64,000 bases of DNA from Sedimentisphaerales bacterium. GTDB taxonomy: Bacteria > Planctomycetota > Phycisphaerae > Sedimentisphaerales > SM23-30. The number at the start of each line of letters is the position of its first letter. Position 1 is the stretch's first letter. The notes below the pieces were generated by a model. That model searched no databases, had not been told where the DNA came from, and saw nothing but the letters and a program-made list of their open reading frames with translations. A program made the position numbers and the translations under genes. Positions 31,156 to 41,828 of this stretch are shown here, piece after piece. The stretch spans positions 96,001 through 160,000 of the forward strand of contig CAXXMR010000018.1 in NCBI GenBank assembly GCA_963663805.2, given 5' to 3'.

Positions 31156-31282
31156 GAAAGCCTCAATCCAACGAAAAAGGACCAGAATCCCTATTGACAA
31201 CGCCGAAATCGGCGTTATTTTACTAACCTAAGTGGCTCAGATTTCGATGCAAATCTGGCTCCATTTTCAATGCTAATCACCA

Positions 31283-31578
31283 TTAACACTCATAAACGAC
31301 CCAGCTATATGCTGGGGGATAACTTTGCCCATAGCTGTTTCTAAAATAAGTTTGGAGGCACCGTAAGTTTCTCTGTAAAATCTATCCAGCAGATTGGAAG
31401 ACAGTTTTTCCTTGGTATAGGCCGTTTCTGCTCGGGAAATCGCGTTGTGCAGAGTTATGACCAGGCAATCGGAATGACTATCCACCACGATTGATTCTGG
31501 CTTGATCGACATATGTTCCGCAAAGAATTTCGTCGCTACTTCAATGACTTGCTGCTTGAGTTTTTCTTCACCATCCAT
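31283..31578 (-). pseudogene. DUF2294 (MpsC-like) protein, 3' end cut by IS21
   Basis: MDGEEKLKQQV...KPESIVV....LVITLHNAISRAE resembles 32530-32922; GGAG RBS before ATG at 31578. Confidence 0.7.
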
Positions 31579-31636
31579 TGCATATCTCCACGCAAAATCG
31601 AATCCATATAATTTCTGTTCACTGTTTTCGGCACAG

Positions 31637-31883
31637 TTATCTTTGTTTATATATCTCTTCAGCATAATCAACAGGCAAACGGTAACGCAGTAGGCATCCA
31701 ACACCACCAAGTTGCATCAAATCTTCACTTTTTTTAACCATTTCGACCGAACAGCCGTGCTGTTCGGCTAGGTTCCTTGATGTGTCCCTCCTCAAGAAGC
31801 AGGTAACAACTGATGATGTGAGAATCAGTCTCGGGCAAGGTTGCCAGTGTCCGGACGTGTTTTTTAAGGTTCTTTAGTTCCAT
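31637..31883 (-). pseudogene. eRF1-like (bacterial archaeo-eukaryotic release factor-like) gene with large internal deletion
   Basis: MELKNLKKHVRTLATLPETDSHIISCYL joined out of frame to LAEQHGCSVEMVKKSEDLMQLGGVGCLLRY, matching the eRF1 domain-3 GGxGxxLRY terminus. Confidence 0.65.
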
Positions 31884-32058
31884 TATTTTTTTGTCACCTA
31901 TGAATAAATGGGTATATATTTTGGGCGGGCCTTATGACCGGCGAATTCACTATTGAGTTAATCTGTTCTGCCATTTTTATTTACTCCAGTAATTAGGAGT
32001 TTGATGGCGAGTCTCCTAGATCAAAGAACGAAAATAATATTCTTAACCCAGAATCAGC

Positions 32059-32099
32059 AAAAAAGGCCGGCCCATTCCCAAAAGGATATTTGCCAGCCT
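32059..32099 (-). terminator. intrinsic terminator 2 in the 5' leader
   Basis: AGGCTGGC...GCCGGCCT stem followed by a T-run. Confidence 0.7.
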
Positions 32100-32158
32100 A
32101 TACCTTACTCGGTCATCCCAGATGGACCACCTGTAACATATGTGTTCCCTGTTCAGGC

Positions 32159-32214
32159 AAAAGAAAAAGCCGGCAACAGTTTAGTATTAGCTTCACTGTC
32201 AACCGGCTTATTTT
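32159..32214 (-). terminator. intrinsic terminator 1 in the 5' leader
   Basis: AAGCCGG-TTG-ACAGT...ACTGT-TG-CCGGCTT followed by TTTCTTTT. Confidence 0.75.
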
Positions 32215-32274
32215 TCAGCAGGTAGCGTCACATTACCCTCTGTCAAATCCGCCTATTTGTATTTATCTTATGTC

Positions 32275-32303
32275 ATTATTATCACATTTTTCAATTATGT
32301 CAA
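32275..32303 (-). promoter_or_regulatory. sigma70-type promoter
   Basis: TTGACA-N17-AATAAT on the minus strand. Confidence 0.65.
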
Positions 32304-32529
32304 ACGTTTTTTCGACAACCTTCAACATTTTGGGTTTTCGAACAGGATCAATCCCAAGGTGTAAAGTGGCGAATAGGCTCCATCGTAATCGTTTGACGAT
32401 CGGGATAGGTCACGATACACTATTGTCCAGTGTGTTATTGGAAAAGTTGCTTAACCGACCAAACTGGGAGTTCGCTGGCTTCTTTGCAAAGCAAGCCTTA
32501 GAAGCCTGGTAGAACTGTAAGGCATTTAT

Positions 32530-32922
32530 ATGAAAGGATTTGCAAAAACAAAAGGGCAGGTCGAGGCCGACATAAGCGAGGCCATTATCAAGTTCGAGAA
32601 GGAATACATGGGACGTGGCCCCGAGGAAACCAAGGCACATATCATTGGCGATATGGTTCTGGTTCGGTTACGTGGAGTACTGACACCGGCAGAAAAGCAG
32701 TTGGCCAGCACTAACGAATACCACAAGGGCAAGGCCCTGATAAAACAAGTCCGCCAGGAGCTGCTTGAAAAGGCCCGGATGTTGTTGGAGACAATCATCC
32801 AGGACATTACGGGTGAGAATGTAATAAGTCTGCATACGGACATCAGCACAATTACCGGAGAGCGGGTCATTATATTCATTCTCCGGAATTCTCCACTGGG
32901 CGATGAAGATGAGGATGAATAA
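32530..32922 (+). CDS. DUF2294 (MpsC/YbcI-like) protein
   Basis: KTKGQVEADISEAIIKFEKEYMGRGP...LRGVLTPAEKQL...LHTDISTITGERVIIF. Confidence 0.9.
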   Translation: MKGFAKTKGQVEADISEAIIKFEKEYMGRGPEETKAHIIGDMVLVRLRGVLTPAEKQLASTNEYHKGKALIKQVRQELLEKARMLLETIIQDITGENVISLHTDISTITGERVIIFILRNSPLGDEDEDE

Positions 32923-33229
32923 AGAAACAGAGGTAATTTGTCAGGGATTTTGTTAGAAATCGAAGTTGTGGTTTCCAAATATTCAGGGGAACCTTCAATG
33001 TGTGACGACATGACCCAAAACGGAATAATAATATCGCCAAAGTGGAAAATAGTCCCAAAAACTATTTTTTTTGATCTAAAAACGTAAAAAAAAGAATTTT
33101 TTGCGAAAAAACTTGTGTTTTTTGGAACAATCGGGCATTTTTGCGCTGAAAATAAGACTTTTTTCAGCGTGATAACTTGCTGTAAATTCGCGAAATGAAG
33201 ATTAAAATATCATAAATAAAAGGCCTAAA

Positions 33230-34093
33230 ATGACTGACAAAAAACATCAGGACAAAATCGAATTCGTACGAATCGTCGGTGACGAAAGGCGAGCCGCTGA
33301 AACTCTCGCCGGAGTCTCAAAACACTGGCAGGGTGATAAGGAACGATTCCTGCTCATAAGTCCCCATGACGACGACGTCGCCTTGGGCGCCGGACTCTTC
33401 ATCCAGCTAGCCCTGCGCGAGAACGTCCCCGTCTACATCATGATCGTAACTGATGGTTCTATGGGATATTGCAGCAAAGAGCAGAAAGACCGTATTTCTG
33501 ATATTCGCCGCGAAGAAGCCTACGAATGCTATATGTCTATGGGAGTACCCAAAGAAAACATCATCTGGCTCGGTTTCCCGGACTGTCGCCTGAACTACTA
33601 TCGCGGAAGGAGAATTTCAGACTCTAATGACCTAACTAAAATAGAAGGTTATATAGGCCTCCAAAACTCCTTTACCCACTGGATACGAAAAACCGCCCCC
33701 ACCCAGTGCTTCCTCCCCACCTCCAGCGACCTGCACCCCGACCACAAAATCGTCCACGAAGAATTTCTAATCAGCCTTTTCCACGCCGCCGGCGACATCT
33801 GGCCCGAATTGGGTACGCCTATTGAAAAAGTTCCGTTTGTCCATGAACTAGCAGTGTATTGCGACTTCCCACAGCCCCCCAAGGTCAGAATCCAGACCAA
33901 ACAGGAGCATCTTGAGAAAAAATTACAGGCCATCGCCTCCTACAAATCCCAAAAACAAATCGGTTCGCTCATCGAAATTGTCCGCAAATCCGGCCCCTAC
34001 GAATACCTCCGGGAACTTAACTTCAAACTCTACCAGCCGGCCCTTTACTACGATTCCTTCGAGAAAAAACACCACATACCGTTCATCAGATAG
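33230..34093 (+). CDS. PIG-L/LmbE family deacetylase
   Basis: ISPHDDD, VTDG, R..EA, HPDH, YKSQ. Confidence 0.9.
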   Translation: MTDKKHQDKIEFVRIVGDERRAAETLAGVSKHWQGDKERFLLISPHDDDVALGAGLFIQLALRENVPVYIMIVTDGSMGYCSKEQKDRISDIRREEAYECYMSMGVPKENIIWLGFPDCRLNYYRGRRISDSNDLTKIEGYIGLQNSFTHWIRKTAPTQCFLPTSSDLHPDHKIVHEEFLISLFHAAGDIWPELGTPIEKVPFVHELAVYCDFPQPPKVRIQTKQEHLEKKLQAIASYKSQKQIGSLIEIVRKSGPYEYLRELNFKLYQPALYYDSFEKKHHIPFIR

Positions 34094-34101
34094 GTTTAAC
34101 T

Positions 34102-34851
34102 ATGGCTTGTCGTATACTTTATTTGGGGGATACTGCGCTAAATCAGCAGGCCTGTTACCTGGCTGGAATCATGAGTCATTGCGGGCATAATTTTGACTAT
34201 CTAAGGTCTGATCAAACTTTCGATAGTTCGCTTCTTGACAATGATTACGACCTGGTAATTATTAGTGATTATCCTGCCGCAAATTTTGCCGCTGAACAAC
34301 TGGAAACAATCACTCAGAAGGTCAGGGCCGGGACAAGCATCCTGATGATTGGCGGCTGGGAGTCGTTTGTCGGGCTTTCGGGAGGGTATAACGAAACCTG
34401 CTTAACGGAAGTATTGCCGGTTATTATGAAGGATTCGGATGACAGGCTTAATCTTTTCAGCCCCTGTTTAGCTGTTAAAGAGCGGGAACATGAGGTTCTC
34501 GGTGATTTGCCCTTTGACAGTCATACACCGGCTATTGGCGGGCTTTGCCATCTTGAGGCTAAACCCGGAGCGGAAGTGATTCTGTCGGCTCTGGAGCATA
34601 AAGTTTCGCGTAATGGTGATTCGTTTAGGTTTAATGCGTCAACGAAACATCCGCTACTGGTTATGGGCAGTTACGGTAAGGGTTGGACGGCAGCGTTTGC
34701 GTCTGATGTGGCGCCTCATTGGGTGGGGCCGTTCGTGGACTGGGGCGATAAGCGAATTAATGCCCAGGCACCCAACGCCGAGGCAGTTGAGGTGGGCAGT
34801 TGGTATGTTCAATTCTTCTCGAATCTAATCCACTGGCTTTGCGGCAATTAA
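34102..34851 (+). CDS. glutamine amidotransferase-like (GATase1-like) protein
   Basis: YDLVIISD, LMIGGWESF, EVLPV, GKGWTAAFASDVAPHW. Confidence 0.8.
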   Translation: MACRILYLGDTALNQQACYLAGIMSHCGHNFDYLRSDQTFDSSLLDNDYDLVIISDYPAANFAAEQLETITQKVRAGTSILMIGGWESFVGLSGGYNETCLTEVLPVIMKDSDDRLNLFSPCLAVKEREHEVLGDLPFDSHTPAIGGLCHLEAKPGAEVILSALEHKVSRNGDSFRFNASTKHPLLVMGSYGKGWTAAFASDVAPHWVGPFVDWGDKRINAQAPNAEAVEVGSWYVQFFSNLIHWLCGN

Positions 34852-34901
34852 CGCTCCTGATTACGATAGCGTAACCCATTCTGGGCGATTATAATGCTCT
34901 G

Positions 34902-37235
34902 ATGAGAGATTATTATCGACAGGGCAACTTATTTGGGATAAACGATACGCCCAGAGTCCCTACTGGGCGGGCGGTGTCGGCGGAGGGGTTGCGGATTGTA
35001 CGGCTGGCGTTTGATTCGGGGGTTGACACGGTTTTTGACTATGGGGTTCCGCCGGAGGTTAATGAGGATATTCGGCCGGGCATGAGAGTGGTTGCACCTT
35101 TTGGGCGGGGTAATCGCGAAAAAATCGGGTTCTGCGTCGAACTGTCCCCAAAAAGTGATTTCGTCAAAGTTAAATTAATCAGCCGGGTGGTCGATTCTCA
35201 GCCTCTGGTAGATAGGGACCATCTGGAATTAGCCCGCTGGATTAGCCAATATTATTGCTGCCCTTTGGGAATGGTGCTGGCGGCAATGGTGCCGGCCGCG
35301 GTTAAAAAGCAGGTGGGTATGGTTCGGCGAATCTACATTCGGCTGAGCGAGCAGGTCAAAAACGGTGATGAGGCGGGTCTGGCTGATTTGCGATTGAGCG
35401 CGGCAGGTCGAAAAATCGTGGACTATTTACGCGAGCATGGCGGGACAGCTCAGGATGAAATCGCGGCAGCTGTAGCCTGCGGAGCCGGACCTTTCAAGAC
35501 CCTGGCAAAATCCGGAGTGATTGAACTGGAAGCCCGCGAGGAACTGCCCGGCCTGGAAGAACTCGAAGCGGTGCTGCCCAAAGAAGAAATCCCGGTACAG
35601 CTGAACCCCGCCCAAAAGCGGGTGTTCGAGGACCTGGAAGAAACACTCGCCGAAGATAAATTTAACGTAGCGGTGCTGCACGGCGTAACCGGCAGCGGCA
35701 AGACCGAAATTTATATCCGGGCTATCGAACATATCATCGCCCAAGGCAAACAAACGATGGTACTGGTACCGGAGATTTCGCTTACACCTCAGACGATGAG
35801 CCGCTTTCTGGCACGCTTCAAACGCGTAGCAGTGCTGCATTCTCAGCTTAACTCTACCCGGCGGCATCAGCAATGGAAGTTAATCGCCCAGGGCAAGGCT
35901 GATGTGGTGGTCGGGGCCCGTTCAGCGATTTTCGCACCGCTTAGCAATCCGGGTTTGATAGTTGTTGATGAGGAGCATGAGCCCAGTTACAAGCAGGATA
36001 GCGCCCCGCGCTATAACGGGCGGGACGTGGCAATCAAACTTGCGCACATGAAAGATATTCCGATAATTCTGGGCTCAGCGACACCCAGTCTGGAGACATA
36101 TCACAACTGCACCAACCGGGGACATTATAAACTGCTGGCCCTCAAACATCGGGTAAAAGACTTGCCTCTGCCGCCGGTAACTCTGATTGACATGAAGGAA
36201 GAAGCCCGCGAACGCAAGGGCAGGCATCTTTTAAGCCGGGCGTTAGAGGATGAGCTTAAATCGTGTCTGAACAAGGGCAAGCAGGCGATTTTGCTTTTGA
36301 ACCGGCGGGGGCATTCCAATTTCATCTACTGTAATTCGTGCCAGTACATTTTTTCCTGCCCGAATTGCGATGTGAGCCTGACCTACCATCGCCGCAAACA
36401 AACCAGCGGCACACATCGCGGCTGGGTAATGTGCCATTATTGCCTGCATAGCTGCGAAGTGCCGGAAATGTGTCCGGTATGCAAAAGCAAAATGGCGTTA
36501 ATTGGACCCGGCACCCAAAAAGCCGAAGATGAGATACTCCAGAAGTTCCCGGACTTAGCACTAAGACGGGTTGACAGCGACTCGATGAAGCCGGGCGATT
36601 ATGAACAAGTGTTAAAACAGTTCGGCAGCGGTGAAATCAAAGTCATGCTCGGTACGCAGATGATAGGCAAGGGGCTTGATTTTCCCAATGTTGCCTTGGT
36701 AGGTGTACTAAACGCGGATGGGGCACTTTCCTTGCCGGACTTTCGCAGTGCCGAACGGACATTTCAACTGGTCGCTCAGGTGGCGGGTCGCTGCGGCCGG
36801 GCGGAAGACACCGGTAGAGTAATCGTCCAAAGTTATCTGCCGGAAGAACCGAGCGTAAAACTGGCCTGCGATCATGATTTTGAGACTTTCGCAACGGCGG
36901 AGCTGCTTCATCGCCAGCGCTGTCAGATGCCCCCCTACTGTCGGCTGGCCCGCCTGATATTGCGGGACACCAAACTGGAAAAACTCGAAGAAGCCGCCCA
37001 GGTTCTACGCAAAAATATCGACGGAATTTGTCAAACTCAGCAATTGCCGCTAAAGATACGCGGGCCAGTCCCCGCCGGCATCGCCAGGATAGAAAATTAT
37101 CATCGCCAGCAGATTCTCATTCAAGCCCCCGCCGCTGAACCTATCCAGAAGCTCCTGACGCATCTCAGGCGAGATTATCTGGGCAAGGTTACAATACATG
37201 TCGCGGTAGATGTGGACCCGCTAAATCTGATGTAG
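34902..37235 (+). CDS. priA: primosomal protein N' (replication restart helicase)
   Basis: HGVTGSGKTE, DEEH, SATPS, NRRG, four CxxC motifs, KGLDFPNV, QVAGRCGR, DVDP end. Confidence 0.97.
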   Translation: MRDYYRQGNLFGINDTPRVPTGRAVSAEGLRIVRLAFDSGVDTVFDYGVPPEVNEDIRPGMRVVAPFGRGNREKIGFCVELSPKSDFVKVKLISRVVDSQPLVDRDHLELARWISQYYCCPLGMVLAAMVPAAVKKQVGMVRRIYIRLSEQVKNGDEAGLADLRLSAAGRKIVDYLREHGGTAQDEIAAAVACGAGPFKTLAKSGVIELEAREELPGLEELEAVLPKEEIPVQLNPAQKRVFEDLEETLAEDKFNVAVLHGVTGSGKTEIYIRAIEHIIAQGKQTMVLVPEISLTPQTMSRFLARFKRVAVLHSQLNSTRRHQQWKLIAQGKADVVVGARSAIFAPLSNPGLIVVDEEHEPSYKQDSAPRYNGRDVAIKLAHMKDIPIILGSATPSLETYHNCTNRGHYKLLALKHRVKDLPLPPVTLIDMKEEARERKGRHLLSRALEDELKSCLNKGKQAILLLNRRGHSNFIYCNSCQYIFSCPNCDVSLTYHRRKQTSGTHRGWVMCHYCLHSCEVPEMCPVCKSKMALIGPGTQKAEDEILQKFPDLALRRVDSDSMKPGDYEQVLKQFGSGEIKVMLGTQMIGKGLDFPNVALVGVLNADGALSLPDFRSAERTFQLVAQVAGRCGRAEDTGRVIVQSYLPEEPSVKLACDHDFETFATAELLHRQRCQMPPYCRLARLILRDTKLEKLEEAAQVLRKNIDGICQTQQLPLKIRGPVPAGIARIENYHRQQILIQAPAAEPIQKLLTHLRRDYLGKVTIHVAVDVDPLNLM

Positions 37236-37257
37236 CTCGAAAAACTCGAAAAGTTTA
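37194..37257 (+). repeat. att-like 64-bp segment at the priA 3' end
   Basis: Matches 746-809 in inverted orientation at 63/64 nt. Confidence 0.95.
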
Positions 37258-37571
37258 GACTCTGTAGCATCTTTACCGGCAACATAGCATTCCAGTCCTT
37301 TCTTCATGAAGTGTTGTTATAGTTCGTAAACGGCGTCCCGTACCATTGAAAACCAAGCCCAAACCGCCAGTTTGACAGCCCGACACATGATTATAGAGTA
37401 GTGAACTGTGTTTGCGGAAAAAACCTTGTTCTTGTTTCTGATGTCAAAAGGTGGTTTTTCAGCGACGTTCCAAAAGTCATCCACCGTCGATCATGGCCCC
37501 AATAGTATGGTTTTGGTGGGTGTTTGGCAAGTAAATATTGCCCAGAATTTCATCTGAGATATAATGCTCCC

Positions 37572-38436
37572 ATGATACGAAAAACATATACATATTTCAC
37601 GGCTCTGATAGCCGGGCTTAGCGATAAGGCGGTTCGGGATGCTCTACTCAAGCAGCAGCAATCGCTGGACTATTGCCAGGAGGAAGTTCGGATACTTCGG
37701 GAAATCCTTCGGGACAAGTATGACTGCAAGCGTCTGCTTCTTAACGATTCACAAAAACGCAGACTGGCGGTTAAGGCTAAGCCATTGGGCAAGCATGTCC
37801 TGGAGAAGATCACGCAAGCATTCCAGCCGGACACGCTTATCAGTTGGTATCGTGATCTCGTCGCAAAAAAATACGACAGTTCCAGTAGTAGCCGCCGTAA
37901 GTCCGGCCGGCCCCGGGTATCACAGGAAATTATCGAACAAGTACTTCGCATGGCCAAAGCCAATCCTTCCTGGGGCTATGATCGTATCAAAGGCGCCTTA
38001 GCCCACGTTGGCCTGGAGGTGGGTCGGACAACTATCAAACGTATTCTGGATGATCATGGCATTGTCCCTGATCCGGAGCAAAAACGACGTGTGCAATGGA
38101 AAGAGTTTCTGAGTTCGCACATGCATGTCATGGCGGCCACGGATTTCTTTTGCTCTGAAGTGATGACAAAATTCGGCCTGGTTCATTATATGGTACTTTT
38201 TGTGATTGATATCTCTACTCGCAGAGTTGAAATTGCAGGCATATCGGCAAATCCTGGCGGCCAATGGATGAAACAAATAGGCCGAAATCTTACCGATTGC
38301 TTTGATGGCTTCCTTAACGGGAAGCGTTACTTGATTCACGATCGTGATTCGCTGTTTACCAAAGATTTTAAGGAAATCCTGAAATCTATCGACGTGGCTA
38401 CAATCAAGCTTCCCCCCTTCTCACCAAATTTGAACG
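37572..38436 (+). pseudogene. integrase-core (rve) transposase, interrupted just before the final catalytic Glu
   Basis: NPSWGYDRIKG, ATDFF, YLIHDRD, PPFSPNLN then abrupt loss of the expected AxAER. Confidence 0.85.
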
Positions 38437-38449
38437 AGTACTATTCAGA

Positions 38450-40548
38450 CTACACCCCATTGGTTGCGTGAGATGCGAGTTCTTCATATTTCGGCCTTTC
38501 TGATAGTTTTCCTGTGAGTCCCTGGCTTTTGTGTGGCATCATTTCCTTGGGACCCAGCTCAAATAACCTTTCGCCTTTGTCATTATACTTGTAGCTTTTA
38601 AAAAGTCCATATCGCCTCCATATTTTAATCGTATTCGAAGATACATTCAACTTTTCTGCCATTTCATCAACCGTCAGCAAGCCCTTTTCCCGAAGCCTGT
38701 CGTATCGCGTTTTGAGATTATAGTGCCTACGAAGTCTGCCGACAATCACACTGTTGAACTTTTTGCCCTCGGATGGTTTAATGCCTCTGCGGTTAAGATT
38801 GTCGGCGATTTCCCTATCTGTAAAATGGTCGATCAGTTTATCGATTTCTTCGATGATTTCAGGTTTCGTTTTCCTGGCCTGCCAAGCACTTAATGGGATC
38901 GGCACCGTCATCTGATGCGTTGCACCGCCTTTCAGCCGTATTTTAAGGTCAACATCTTTCTCTGTTCGTTCCATGGTCACATCTTCGATGATCAGCCGTG
39001 CCATTCTTTTACGTTGTTGATCCGTAAGTGGCTGGATCATTCCATACCTTTGGGAAGTTTTTGACCAATGACAGTATCTTGCCCCGGCATTGCTGATCAA
39101 GCTTGATTTTGTCAAAGTTCGTGTTGCTCCTCATATTCTTGACGAACATCAGATAATATCCTTAACTTGTCATTCCAGTCGGCTTCAAGCTGGTCAGCGA
39201 CCAGTCTATTCCTCGGGTCGATGTTCATGAATCGGTCTTTGGCAAGATCGGCCTGATCTTGTGCTCGCTAAACTTTTTGATACCGGAGTTTATCTGCTTC
39301 TTTCAATCGTTGCTGCACTTCCTGCTGGACCGTAAGAGCAATCTCCAATGTCACCGGCTGGACCAATTCCAACAATAACTGTTCGACGGCCTGATCTACC
39401 TTATACCCTGGGATGCTTTGGCAAATGGGTTGGCCATATTCTATGCCATGACGCTGACAGACGTAATCAGGTACGAGTTTGCCATAACGACTGTGATACC
39501 GCAGTGTCATTCGCTGACCGCAGACCCCGCAAATAATCAACCCCTGTAAAAGAGCCGGGCCATGTCCCGGCGGGTGGTTACGTCTGTCTACGCCATATGA
39601 CTGTGCATTGGCCCTTAACGTTTTGAGATTCTCATTGTATTGATCCCATGTAATATATCCGGGATGTGCATCTGGAATAACTGTATGCCATTCATCAATG
39701 GGCAACTCCCGGACGCCAATTCTGCCATTCGGTTGTTTATAACATTTTTTTCGTCCATATACAAATGTACCGGCGTAACGTGGATTATGCAGGGCTTGCA
39801 GAGCACGCGTATGCGTTAGTGGTCCCCATACAGTTTTTCCTCGATTGATCCTACCTCTTACCAGTCGAGGGAACTGAAGCCCGTTTTTACGGAAGTGCTT
39901 GACGATAGCCATAGCTGACCCTGCACGCTTGAATGTCTTGAAAAAAGTATGTAATGCTTCCTGGACCTGACTGTCGGGTGTCAGTGCCACTTTTCCTAAA
40001 GGATCATAGCTTAAGCCGACCGGCAATGGCAACTGTAATTCTCCCCGGCTGGCTTTGTTTAAGATACCTCCCCGGAGACGAGCACGGAGCATATGAAGTT
40101 CAGCTTCACTCATCGTTCCTTTCATGCCCAGTAGCAGTCGATCATTAAAATGACCGGGATCATACAGACCGTCTTCATCTAATATCAAGGTGTCTGTCAG
40201 GGCACATATCTCAAGTAGACGGTGCCAGTCGCTGGAGTTACAGGCCAGACGAGAGACTTCCAATCCTAACACGATACCGGCCTTTCCCATACCAACATCA
40301 GCCACCAGTTTTTGGAAGCCTTCGCGGTCTTTTGCAGAGGCGCCGGATTGCCCCAGATCGCAATCAATCACATGGACACTGTCATCGGACCAACCCAAGG
40401 CAGTCGCACGCCGGCGGAGATCGTATTGACGTTTGGTGCTTTCTGTATTATGGAACACCTGATGAATCGTGGATTGTCGAATATACAGATACGCATCCCG
40501 TTTAAGATGTTCAGGACGTACTTTTTGGTGAGATGTGTCGCTATTCAT
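38450..40548 (-). pseudogene. large serine recombinase, decayed (premature stop at 39268, frameshift ~39.1 kb)
   Basis: AYLYIRQST, DLGQSG, EVSRL, NPRYAG, CGVCG zinc ribbon; after the TAG the frame continues IDPRNRLVA..LEADWN. Confidence 0.88.
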
Positions 40549-40900
40549 AATGCCACCTCCTGTAACGTTGATAGCACCATCTCTGAAATCGTCATGATCA
40601 TCCGGCTGCGAATTGTATCCGGCACGGCCAGATTTGCCTTGTCAGATATGGAGACGGCAGGAACAACCGACTGCTGCTGATATGATTCAATCTTTGAGAA
40701 GGCATATGCCCACGATGCAACCCCGCGATGAATCAGCAGCAACAGTCCCCATCCCTGGCAGCAGTAATCTTTACTTGTCAATACCATTTTACGTAACTGT
40801 TCATAACGATCAGTACAGCGATCAAAATGGTCGCCGGGTTCGCCTAAATATGTCGCCCTTTTTTTAGCTGACGCTGCAAGGCACGTTCGATACTGCGTGT
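40545..40900 (-). pseudogene. small accessory ORF(s) of the recombinase element, 5' truncated
   Basis: YEQLRKMVL...GLLLLIHRGVASW ORF overlapping the recombinase start; RSIERALQRQLKKG tail at 40844-40900. Confidence 0.55.
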
Positions 40901-40953
40901 AGTTGTCAAGCAAGCGAGATACCGCTTTTGAGCGGTTGAAAATTGAAAATTTC

Positions 40954-41777
40954 GTAACATTTAGCCAAGTGAAGCAAATTCTATAGCTTTTGGGTTGGCT
41001 TGTGCAAAAAAAAAAAGACAAAAAAACTTCAAAATGTTAAGATAGGAAATTTGCGCTATTGTGTGTAATGGTTTATAGTATCGGCATGATGAAGCCGAAT
41101 GCTGAACAGACTATCGCCGACCTGGCCTTAGAGCAGGAATTGACTGCGGAACAGGCCAAAGCTATTTTTGCTCAGGGTGAAGAGGCGGTGGTTTTTGTTT
41201 TGCTGAGGACTGTCGAAACTGGCAGCGGAAAAAACACAAGGTACGTTAGTTGCCGGCAGTCCGGCTGATCCTTCGTGTCCCTCAGGTCAGAAGCCGATTT
41301 TTGTCAAGCCGAACAAAACAGATAAAAAACGCGGCAAAAAGTTTGGCCGTAAAAAAGGGCATCAAGGTACTCGCCGCAATCTGCCGATCCAAATAGACCG
41401 CACCGAAGAACATCGCGCTTCATGTTGTCCGGACTGCGGCGGCGAACTGAAAAAATGTTCCGGCACACGTGAATGAGTCATCGAAGACATTCCGAAAGAT
41501 GTTCGCGTTGAGACGGTAAAGCATGTTATTCATCGCGACTGGTGTCCGAACTGTCGCAAGGCGGTTGAGCCGATCGTAACCGATGAGTGGTCGAACAAGG
41601 AAGCTCAGCGGTTGATTAAGCGTTTGAAACGCCATCATGATGAGCGTGTTCTTTACCCTGAAACAACGCGGCCTAAAACCCGGTTGCTACCATCAAAAAA
41701 GCCCTGCGAACATACATCAAAACCGGCAAATTGCCAAAACTCGCGGAGTTCTCTGCTTCACTTGGCTAAAGTGTTAC
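40954..41777 (+). mobile_element. internally deleted single-ORF IS66-like element
   Basis: IRs GTAACATTTAGCCAAGTGAAGCA / TGCTTCACTTGGCTAAAGTGTTAC; transposase remnants GRKKGHQG, CPDCGGEL, WCPNCRK. Confidence 0.8.
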
Positions 41778-41828
41778 GATTGTTTAGAATTTTGTCATTT
41801 AGTGCTTAGGATTTCCAGTTTATCTGGA

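Larger units (their letters stand above)
28771..31282 (+). mobile_element. IS21-family element, copy 2 (2512 bp, intact)
   Basis: Same IRs as copy 1, opposite orientation. Confidence 0.95.

Noticed and set aside
32059..32245. Known riboswitch (c-di-AMP, Na+, Li+/nhaA, fluoride)
   Set aside because: I could not match their consensus features by eye; kept as an unassigned leader pending an Rfam scan.
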